From an uncultured Gammaproteobacteria bacterium (lineage in GTDB: Bacteria; Patescibacteriota; Microgenomatia; UBA12405; JAHJSD01), in NCBI GenBank assembly GCA_964498425.1, contig CAZCGQ010000005.1, positions 1-51,411 on the forward strand: a stretch of 51,411 nt of DNA. The letters are read 5' to 3'. Under the pieces are notes generated by a model. It made no database searches. It was given only the letters and a program-made list of their open reading frames with translations, and was not told the DNA's origin. Shown one piece after another: positions 43,077-50,352 of this stretch. Within the stretch, counting starts at the first letter, position 1; each line of letters opens with the position of its first letter. The position numbers and the translations under genes were made by a program.

Positions 43077-44215
43077 TTATTTTTCCAAATAACCTTGTTG
43101 TACATCAACCAGTTGTAAGGGAGAACCAGAAAGACAATAATAAACGGCAAATATACCTGCCGGTACTGCGGCCCAAAAGCAAAGGTCAATAAAGAACCGG
43201 CAACAGTCTGGATTACTAAGGCCCCGGCTGAAGTAAAGTTAAACTGTAAAAATTTGCTGATGACCTTACTAATTGTTTTAAATTGCGTATCCTTGAAAGT
43301 CCAAAGATTATTTAGGATAAAATTTGAAATAATTGCCAACTCAGTTGCTAAGCCCCACACTGCCCACTCTGGAAAACCGGCATTAGCAAAAACAGCTACT
43401 CCGGTAGCATTAACTACATATCCAATGGTCCCAACCGTCCCAAATTTGAAAAATTTCTGAGTAACTTTATCGTGCCACCTAAGGAGAAAAACCGTCCGAA
43501 ATATATCCTTGGCTGTCTGGCCGGTAATTTTCGATTCTCCCGCCTTCCTCAGCTGAAACTCCAAAGGAATCTCCTTTACTTTCGCTCCCAACTGAACCAT
43601 TTTATATAAAAATTCCAATTTATATCCAAACTGCCTTGAGTAGAGATCATCCATCTCCATTTTGTCAACAAACCCTTTCACCCGAGAAGCCTTTAACCCA
43701 GTGGTCGGATCAGTAATCTTAAAAAATTGTTTAAATGGGAAAAACAAGACAAATCTAGCAACCAAGCCACCGACTTCCGAAAAGAAAACGCGCTTGAATC
43801 CCCAACCCCTGGGGTTAGACCCGCCCTTAATCTTCCTTGACCCTAAAACATAATCATAGCCATTGTCAATTTCCTTTAATAAAATAGGAATTCGATCGGG
43901 TGGATGTTGAAAATCACCATCAAACTCAATCAAAACATCGGCGTTCATCTTATCCATTGCATAACGAAAACCCTTAACGTAAGCCGCACCTATTCCCTCT
44001 TTTTTCTTCTCGACGAAAACTTCCAAGTTGTCAAATTTTTTCTGTTTTTCTTTAACAATATCCGCTGTCCCATCAGGAGATTGGGCATCTACAACAAGAA
44101 GTTTACATTCCCAGCCAATTGCTTTTGGAAAGGTTTTGTTGAATAGGTGTTCAACCATCTCTCCGATTGTTTCCGCTTCATTGTAAGTGGGAATAACAAC
44201 TACAGCAGTTTTCAT
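43073..44215 (-). CDS. GT2 polyprenyl-phosphate mannosyl/glycosyltransferase fused to a GtrA-like membrane domain
   Basis: 380 aa. N-terminal VVVIPTYNEAETI...VVDAQSPDGT...EFDGDFQHP is DPM1/Ppm1-like. C-terminal FFKFGTVGTIGYVVN...ELAIISNFILNNLWTF is the GtrA-family signature. Confidence 0.85.
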   Translation of the reverse strand: MKTAVVVIPTYNEAETIGEMVEHLFNKTFPKAIGWECKLLVVDAQSPDGTADIVKEKQKKFDNLEVFVEKKKEGIGAAYVKGFRYAMDKMNADVLIEFDGDFQHPPDRIPILLKEIDNGYDYVLGSRKIKGGSNPRGWGFKRVFFSEVGGLVARFVLFFPFKQFFKITDPTTGLKASRVKGFVDKMEMDDLYSRQFGYKLEFLYKMVQLGAKVKEIPLEFQLRKAGESKITGQTAKDIFRTVFLLRWHDKVTQKFFKFGTVGTIGYVVNATGVAVFANAGFPEWAVWGLATELAIISNFILNNLWTFKDTQFKTISKVISKFLQFNFTSAGALVIQTVAGSLLTFAFGPQYRQVYLPFIIVFLVLPYNWLMYNKVIWKNK

Positions 44216-44223
44216 TAGATTAT

Positions 44224-44268
44224 CTTTTCACTTTTCACTTTTCACTTTGCACTTTGAATTTTTAACTT
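44224..44268. repeat. 7-bp tandem array (CTTTTCA x3, then CTTTGCA, CTTTGAA, TTTTTAA)
   Basis: Spans the last 8 codons and TGA stop of the DUF192 gene and reaches to 9 nt upstream of the GT2-GtrA start codon. Minus-sense TGAAAAG x3. Confidence 0.85.
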
Positions 44269-44766
44269 ATCTCCTTCCGTGATTCCTTTTCTCTTAACTG
44301 ACCCCGCCCCTATTTCTAAAATATACTTGCTGGGTTTATCTATTGTCAAGGGCTTGGTGCTTTCCGGAGTTGTATTTTCAATTATTCCAACTATTTCCCA
44401 ATTCTCGTCAGCAAAAACTATATCCAAACCAACCTTTGTATTTTTCATCCAGAAACTGTGATTCCTTTGACGAGGAAAAATAAAAAGCATACCTTGATCA
44501 GCCTCTAGCTTCTCGCGATACATTAACCCCCTAGCCCTCTCGGCTGGAGTATCAGCAATGTCAACTACATATTCAGCAATCATCTCTTCACCTCGAATAA
44601 TTTGAAGAACCCTGTCACTCCTTTCCCTCCTATCACCCAAAAATAACCTATAAGCAGCTACAATAAACCCCAAGATAAAAAATACTACTAATACCCACTT
44701 CATAGTTAAAGTATACCCCATGATAAAATAAATTGATGAAAATATTAAAAACAACTGATAGTTCAA
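44242..44766 (-). CDS. DUF192 (COG1430) domain protein with N-terminal membrane anchor
   Basis: 174 aa with ADTPAERARGLMYREKLEADQGMLFIFP...HSFWMKNTKVGLDIVFAD. The true start may be the internal MKWVLVV (about 44703), which would remove the overlap with the divergent tsaC-tsaE start. Confidence 0.7.
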   Translation of the reverse strand: MNYQLFLIFSSIYFIMGYTLTMKWVLVVFFILGFIVAAYRLFLGDRRERSDRVLQIIRGEEMIAEYVVDIADTPAERARGLMYREKLEADQGMLFIFPRQRNHSFWMKNTKVGLDIVFADENWEIVGIIENTTPESTKPLTIDKPSKYILEIGAGSVKRKGITEGDKLKIQSAK

Positions 44767-45806
44767 AGTCAGAGATAATTAATCAAGCTGTTAATACGCT
44801 TCTTAAGGGTGGTTTGGTTGTTTATCCAACTGAAACCTGTTACGGGCTTGGTGCGGATGCAACTAACCCTGAAGCAGTTAAAAAAGTATTTCAATACAAA
44901 GGTTTTCGACATAATAAACCTATCTCCATAGCCGTTGCTGGAGTTAAGATGGCTGAAAAATACGTTGACATTAATGCCACCGCCGAAAACATCTATCAGA
45001 ATCTTCTCCCCGGACCAATTACGGTAGTTTCTAAAAGCAAAGGTAAAGTCGCTAAAGCTTTGGAAGCAAAAACTGATACATTAGGCATAAGAGTCCCCAA
45101 CTACCCATTAATTTTGAACTTGTTAAAAAAATTAGAACATCCAATAACTGCTACCTCCGCCAATATATCCAACGGAAAAACACCATACACCATTAACGAT
45201 ATACTTTCACAACTATCCTCAAAAAAGAAAGATTTACTCGGCCTAATTATTGATGCCGGGAAACTAAAAAAACGTCCTCCGTCTTCAGTTGTAGACACCA
45301 CTCTTAATGAGATTAAAGTCTTAAGACAAGGGGAAATTGATTTCAGCCAGCTGCAAACAAAATCTGTAATAACTAAATCCGCGCAGGAAACAATTAAGCT
45401 AGGAAAAAAAATTACGGCTAAAAACTTAAGGAAAATTAATAATAATACCTTAGTCTTTGCCTTACAAGGGGAACTAGGCGCCGGAAAAACACAATTTGCT
45501 AAGGGTATCGCCCAAGCCTTAGGAATTAGCCAAACAATTACTTCTCCTACTTTCACAATGATCAAGGAATATGACCACGACAAAGGTGTTTTTTATCACA
45601 TTGACGCCTGGAGAGTTAATCAAGAAAATTTCAAACAATTAGACATAGACCATTACTTTGTTCCTGGCAACGTTATCGCCGTCGAATGGATCCAAAAAGG
45701 CAAGGAGTTAATAAAGGAGTGGAAGCAAAACCCTAAAATAAAAGTAATTCTAGTTGAAATCTCCTATTCTGGTAAGACCAGCCGCAAAATTAAATACACA
45801 CTCTAA
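44733..45806 (+). CDS. tsaC-tsaE: Fusion protein: TsaC/YrdC (threonylcarbamoyl-AMP synthase) N-terminal domain plus TsaE (YjeE P-loop ATPase) C-terminal domain
   Basis: 357 aa. Residues ~10-203 (VVYPTETCYGLGADA...GIRVPNYPL...ITATSANISN...SSVVDTT) are YrdC/Sua5-like. Residues ~212-357 (LQGELGAGKTQFAKGIAQALGI...SPTFTMIKEY...YHIDAWRV) are TsaE-like. Confidence 0.8.
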   Translation: MMKILKTTDSSKSEIINQAVNTLLKGGLVVYPTETCYGLGADATNPEAVKKVFQYKGFRHNKPISIAVAGVKMAEKYVDINATAENIYQNLLPGPITVVSKSKGKVAKALEAKTDTLGIRVPNYPLILNLLKKLEHPITATSANISNGKTPYTINDILSQLSSKKKDLLGLIIDAGKLKKRPPSSVVDTTLNEIKVLRQGEIDFSQLQTKSVITKSAQETIKLGKKITAKNLRKINNNTLVFALQGELGAGKTQFAKGIAQALGISQTITSPTFTMIKEYDHDKGVFYHIDAWRVNQENFKQLDIDHYFVPGNVIAVEWIQKGKELIKEWKQNPKIKVILVEISYSGKTSRKIKYTL

Positions 45807-45810
45807 TTAC

Positions 45811-45826
45811 GATACATCGATGTATC
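45811..45826. terminator. 16-bp perfect palindrome between convergent genes (weak bidirectional terminator candidate)
   Basis: GATACATCGATGTATC fills most of the 24-nt gap between the tsaC-tsaE stop (45806) and the HIT stop (45831). AT-rich stem with no clear U-tract. Confidence 0.25.
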
Positions 45827-45830
45827 AGTA

Positions 45831-46217
45831 TCAGGTAGTAATTGCTAATTTTTTGCCCAATTGCTTGGCTTTTTCCTCATTAAACTCTACTTTTTCCTTT
45901 GGAAAGAAGCTTACTTTACCCCGGGCATCAGGCATAAGGTGAATGTGAGCATGAGCAACATCATACCCGTAAACCCAACTCATCACAAACTCTGTCTCCA
46001 TCTTCTTCTTTAAATGATTTGCAACTTTAGTGGCTACTCGAAAGTAATCACCGGAATTGGGTACATCCCAAACCCAGCGGTAGTGGTCTTTTGGAATTAC
46101 TAAGGTATGACCTTCTACCCAAGGGTTGATATCTAAAAAAGCCATAAAGCTATCGTCTTCATAAATTTTATAGCTTGACATTTCCCCGGAACCAATTTTA
46201 CAGAAAATACAATTCAT
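45831..46217 (-). CDS. HIT-family (histidine triad) nucleotide hydrolase/transferase
   Basis: 128 aa with CIFCKI...GHTLVIPK...HAHIHLMP (HxHxHxx histidine triad). Confidence 0.85.
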   Translation of the reverse strand: MNCIFCKIGSGEMSSYKIYEDDSFMAFLDINPWVEGHTLVIPKDHYRWVWDVPNSGDYFRVATKVANHLKKKMETEFVMSWVYGYDVAHAHIHLMPDARGKVSFFPKEKVEFNEEKAKQLGKKLAITT

Positions 46218-46309
46218 TTAAAAAACTTCAAAGTTCTAATGTCCAAATATTCAAATAAAATAACTATACTGTGATATTTGTCTTCGTGTTAAAGAATTTA
46301 TTGGAACTT

Positions 46310-46339
46310 TTGAATATTTGAATATTAATTCAGTATAAT
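46310..46339 (+). promoter_or_regulatory. Candidate promoter giving a near-leaderless tsaD transcript
   Basis: TTGAAT (46310-15), an 18-nt spacer, then TATAAT (46334-39), only 10 nt before the ATG at 46350. No purine-rich SD in between. Confidence 0.3.
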
Positions 46340-46349
46340 ATGACTGTCT

Positions 46350-47441
46350 ATGAAAATCAAAGATGATTATCTAATACTTAGTATCGAAACCAGTTGTGAT
46401 GAAACTTCTGCCGCTATAACTGCCGGGCGGCGAGTTTTAAGCAATATTATTTCGTCACAAATTGAAGTTCATCAACCCTGGGGCGGGGTCGTCCCAAATC
46501 TTGCCCGTGAGGCACACCAAGAAAGAATCGATAATGTTATCAGTAAAGCAATTAAGACGGCAGAGACAAATAGGAAAAGATTTGGTTTGGACTTACCTGA
46601 AATTAACCTGGAAAATATCAACGCTGTTGCTGTTACTCATGGCCCGGGCTTAGCCATTGCTCTTGAAGTAGGCATAGCTAAAGCAAAAATCTTAGCTCAG
46701 AAATACGACAAGCCCTTGTTAGCTGTTGACCATATGGAGGGCCACTTATTATCATCTTTTGGATTAAACATTAAGGGTAATGGACCATTTTCAAAAATAA
46801 GTCCAAGCTTTCCTCTTCTTGGTTTATTAATTTCCGGAGGGCACACCCAGCTGGTTTTAATGAAAAACTTTGGCAGTTATCAAATAGTTGGTCAAACCCT
46901 AGATGATGCAGCTGGAGAAGCCTTTGATAAGGTTGCAAAAATGCTTAATCTCGGCTATCCCGGCGGACCAATTATAGAAGAGCTGGCTAGAAATGGAAAT
47001 CCAACCAAATTTGACTTGCCTATACCTATGGCCCGACATAAATCCTTGAATTTCAGCTTTTCCGGCTTAAAGACAGCTTGTTTATATAAAATCCGGGAAA
47101 TCCCAAAAGAGAGAAAAGACAGCCAATTCCTCAAGGATTTTTCAGCTTCATTTCAGATGGCCCTGATCAAATCAATACAAATTAAGTTAAGAAAGGCAAT
47201 TAAACGTACTCACCCCAATCAAATTATTCTTGGGGGTGGAGTAATTAACAACCTTCAGGTCAGACGTTGTATTCGAAATACTGCCCGCAATAACAATCTT
47301 CCTGTCTTTATCCCTTATACCGACAAACTTTTTTCAGATAATGCCGGGATGATCGGTATTGCCGGTTTTTATTCAGCCAAACAAAACCGGTTTGTCAAAA
47401 ATATTAAAACCCTCGATCGAAAGCCAAACCTAAGTCTATAA
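46350..47441 (+). CDS. tsaD: tRNA N6-adenosine threonylcarbamoyltransferase TsaD (Kae1/Qri7/YgjD family)
   Basis: 363 aa with ILSIETSCDETSAAI...VAVTHGPGLAIALEVG...VDHMEGHL...LISGGHTQL...GEAFDKVAKMLNLGYPGGP. Confidence 0.9.
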   Translation: MKIKDDYLILSIETSCDETSAAITAGRRVLSNIISSQIEVHQPWGGVVPNLAREAHQERIDNVISKAIKTAETNRKRFGLDLPEINLENINAVAVTHGPGLAIALEVGIAKAKILAQKYDKPLLAVDHMEGHLLSSFGLNIKGNGPFSKISPSFPLLGLLISGGHTQLVLMKNFGSYQIVGQTLDDAAGEAFDKVAKMLNLGYPGGPIIEELARNGNPTKFDLPIPMARHKSLNFSFSGLKTACLYKIREIPKERKDSQFLKDFSASFQMALIKSIQIKLRKAIKRTHPNQIILGGGVINNLQVRRCIRNTARNNNLPVFIPYTDKLFSDNAGMIGIAGFYSAKQNRFVKNIKTLDRKPNLSL

Positions 47442-49583
47442 TTATTCGTAGCGTAAAGCGTTCAAAGCCGAAATACTTGTAGCTCTCCGAGCCGGGTAAA
47501 ATCCAGTAATAAACCCAACTAGAAGTGATAAAAAGATAATAATAAAGATAAAGAACATTGGAATAAAGGAAATGTCCATCGCCCCAGCCCCCTTAAAAAC
47601 CGCAAACACGGTCAGCAAGAAACTTAATCCCTTACCTGCAACCCAACCAAAAATAATTCCCAAAACTCCGCCTAAAACTCCCATAATCATTGATTCAGTC
47701 AAAAATAAATCCTTAACTTCATTCGATTTGACCCCCATCGCCTTCATTACTCCTACCTCCCTCGTTCTTTCCAATAGTGAAACAGTTAAAGTATTAAACA
47801 TGCCCAGGGCAGCAACTACCAAGGCAATCATTCCCAAGGATAATAATAAAACTCGGACCGTCGAAAACAAACTATTAATCTTCGCTACAGTGTCAGCTAC
47901 CGAACTTGTTTTATACCCCATTGCTTCTACTTGCTTTCTAGCATCCGGCAGGTCTCTTTCATTATTGACAACCAACTTTGCCTGTGAATAGCGCTCAACC
48001 CCTAAACCCCTCAAATCAATAAAAGGAACCCAGACAACTGGATTTTGCTGACCTGAGATAATTCCGGCAATGGTATATTCTTTAAATTCTGTTTCCAGCT
48101 TTTTTCCAGCTTTCTCCGGAACAAGATTGCCAACAACAACAAATTTAAGCTTAAACTTGCTTCCAATTGCCTCATCCGGATCCAAACTTAAAATTTGAAG
48201 CATTGACCGATTAATTAAGGCTTGCATCTCCGCCTTATCGCCTAACTGAATAATCTCTTTTTCTACCTCAGCCGCCTGAGTTGCATCCTTAAGAAATTCA
48301 AATATTTCCAGTTCAGCCGAGTCGGTGGAATCAGTTGAGGCTAAAACTTGAATCCTGTCCAATGGAGTTGAACTCACATTAGAATCATTATCCCCAAGAA
48401 CCATCCCGCTGGTTATTCCGTTTTCTACAGCAATATTAATTTCGGCAAAAAAACCGGTTTTCCAAACTTGATTAGCCTCCTCATCAACAACTTTCAAAAA
48501 TGATCCATCTTCACAATTCAGATTTTCAACATCACATTTAGTTTGTTCCCATAGTGGAAACTCTCCCCCAATCCATTTTCCTAAATTTTGCCCACTGCCG
48601 TCTGTTCCCGCCTTACCATTTCCTTCCTGGTCATAATAACTGCTTCCCCAAACCTCAAGCCCCTCCCTTGTCCCAACCATTCTCTTGGTATAGCCTAAAA
48701 CCTTACTGTCTGTATCCGGAGATTCCCGAACCCGGATCCATTCATTAGGATTAATCTTAAAATTAACACTTCTTATTTCTTTCCCATATTCGGCCGCTTG
48801 AACAGTCTCTCCGGCAACCTCCCCTTGACGACCTTGACTAAAATCAGCATCAGCTAATCTGGAATCAATCTCCCTAGGAATCTTTCTAGCCAAAATCCGG
48901 CTGTCGTAAAAATTACCTTTGACTGGATTAATGGCTGATTCCTCGAGATAATCTGTCGTCGCGCCATGAACAACAACATCAGTAATCGAATTTTTAAAGC
49001 TGACTCGACCAACTAATGAAATCAAGGGATGAGCCGCCTTGATGCCGTTTATTTGTTTAAACTTGGCCAGGGTTTCATCAGTTAAGTGAAGATTACTTGC
49101 CTGGGCCGGCATAGCATCAGCTTGCTTCATTTCCTTAAGCTCGGCAACTCTTGAAACAACTAATTCCTGCAAACCATAACCAATAGAGACCAAGAAAACA
49201 ATCGCCGCTACTCCAATACTCATCCCACCAATCGTAATCATACTTCTGGATTTTTTGGCCAACATGTTCCGAATTGATAATCGAATAATGCTCTGTTGAG
49301 GTATACTTCCTTTTTCCCCGGCATCAAGAGTATTAGTTATTCCCTGAGTAATCTTTGCCAAATTGCTAATAAAACTTTTTAAAAAAGCCGGTAAAATTTT
49401 ACGTTGGCTGACAAAGATTAGAAATTGATTAAGAAAATAAAAGAAAAGTAAAAAGAAGAACCGCCAAACCCGAACAAAGTTCCTAGCTAGTTTTGAAATT
49501 AAACTCGACAAATATTTAAGAAATTTTACTGCTTTAGGCACCATCGTGATTATTATTGTGATTATTCCCCTTCTTGCCCTCAA
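47442..49583 (-). CDS. MacB/FtsX-type ABC transporter permease with enlarged extracytoplasmic domain (SH3b-like insert)
   Basis: 713 aa. TM1 at ~aa 113-135, a ~450-aa extracytoplasmic region, then a C-terminal FtsX domain (LLERTREVGVMKAMGVKSNEV...ARRATSISALNALRYE). The insert WIRVRESPDTDSKVLGYT resembles bacterial SH3 domains. The true start may be Met14 (about 49544). Confidence 0.8.
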   Translation of the reverse strand: MRARRGIITIIITMVPKAVKFLKYLSSLISKLARNFVRVWRFFFLLFFYFLNQFLIFVSQRKILPAFLKSFISNLAKITQGITNTLDAGEKGSIPQQSIIRLSIRNMLAKKSRSMITIGGMSIGVAAIVFLVSIGYGLQELVVSRVAELKEMKQADAMPAQASNLHLTDETLAKFKQINGIKAAHPLISLVGRVSFKNSITDVVVHGATTDYLEESAINPVKGNFYDSRILARKIPREIDSRLADADFSQGRQGEVAGETVQAAEYGKEIRSVNFKINPNEWIRVRESPDTDSKVLGYTKRMVGTREGLEVWGSSYYDQEGNGKAGTDGSGQNLGKWIGGEFPLWEQTKCDVENLNCEDGSFLKVVDEEANQVWKTGFFAEINIAVENGITSGMVLGDNDSNVSSTPLDRIQVLASTDSTDSAELEIFEFLKDATQAAEVEKEIIQLGDKAEMQALINRSMLQILSLDPDEAIGSKFKLKFVVVGNLVPEKAGKKLETEFKEYTIAGIISGQQNPVVWVPFIDLRGLGVERYSQAKLVVNNERDLPDARKQVEAMGYKTSSVADTVAKINSLFSTVRVLLLSLGMIALVVAALGMFNTLTVSLLERTREVGVMKAMGVKSNEVKDLFLTESMIMGVLGGVLGIIFGWVAGKGLSFLLTVFAVFKGAGAMDISFIPMFFIFIIIFLSLLVGFITGFYPARRATSISALNALRYE

Positions 49584-50304
49584 AGGTTAACTTAGTAATT
49601 TCATCTTTATCTATACCACCAGTATATTCCTTATCGATCTTTCCATCAACCATATGTAAAATCCGAGAAGCAAATGTTAGATATTCCAAGTCGTGAGTAA
49701 CCATAACAATTGTTTTTGACTCATCATTTAAATCTTTAATTAACTGCATTAATTCCTCACCAGATTTAGTATCTAAATTTCCAGTCGGCTCATCGGTAAC
49801 AATTACTTCCGGATTATTTACCATGGCTCTTGCTAATGAAACTTTTTGCTGCTGACCAGAAGACAATTCTGTCGGGTAATAATTCCGCCAATCCTGCATC
49901 CCAACTAATTCTAATTTTTTTTCGGCTTCCTTTACTGAATCATTATGATTTTGGCCCAAAATGGTTAAGGGAAAGGCAACATTTTCAATTACACTCAATG
50001 CCTTTATCCAATAAGGCTGCTGGTAGACCATACCTACCTTCTTTTTCCTTATTTCGGCTCTACCGTCTTGGTCATGTTTATAGAAATCTTCTCCCAAGAA
50101 CAGTACTTGTCCCTTGGTCGGAGGTTCAAGCCCAAGCATAGTATGTAACAACGTACTCTTACCACAACCAGACGGCCCAAAAAGAATCAAAAACTCCGCC
50201 TTATCCAGTTCACAGTTTATACCTTTCAGCACTTCAACATGCTGACTTCCAACCTCAAAGGATTTGTATATATCCTCTAATGAAAAAATTTTATTTGGTT
50301 TCAT
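49534..50304 (-). CDS. ABC transporter ATP-binding protein (MacB/LolD-type)
   Basis: 256 aa. Walker A GPSGCGKST, signature LSSGQQQKVSLARA, Walker B VIVTDEPTGNLD, H-loop VTHD. Confidence 0.9.
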   Translation of the reverse strand: MKPNKIFSLEDIYKSFEVGSQHVEVLKGINCELDKAEFLILFGPSGCGKSTLLHTMLGLEPPTKGQVLFLGEDFYKHDQDGRAEIRKKKVGMVYQQPYWIKALSVIENVAFPLTILGQNHNDSVKEAEKKLELVGMQDWRNYYPTELSSGQQQKVSLARAMVNNPEVIVTDEPTGNLDTKSGEELMQLIKDLNDESKTIVMVTHDLEYLTFASRILHMVDGKIDKEYTGGIDKDEITKLTFEGKKGNNHNNNHDGA

Positions 50305-50352
50305 CTACTTCTCTTACTAATAATATACAATATTTTCCCAAGACTCAAGTCT

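Noticed and set aside
12918-44268. CRISPR array or classical satellite, as an explanation for the short repeats.
   Set aside because: Units are 7 bp and directly tandem with no spacers, and tracts are only 21-45 bp. No cas genes and no 25-40-bp repeat/spacer periodicity occur anywhere in the window.
45101-45583. 160-aa minus-strand ORF.
   Set aside because: It is entirely antisense to the motif-rich TsaC-TsaE ORF, has Cys/Phe/Ser-rich nonsense-like composition, and has no motifs.
47572-47991. 139-aa plus-strand ORF.
   Set aside because: It is antisense to the conserved FtsX domain of the ABC permease, with low-complexity P/T/K/I composition.
49830-50141. 103-aa plus-strand ORF.
   Set aside because: It is antisense to the ABC ATPase ORF, which has intact Walker A/B and signature motifs.
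50322-50345. Hairpin AAGACT-ca-AGTCTT between the Fn3 gene and the ABC ATPase gene, as a terminator.
   Set aside because: The stem is short with a 2-nt centre and no U-tract in the transcribed (minus) orientation. The genes are probably co-transcribed.
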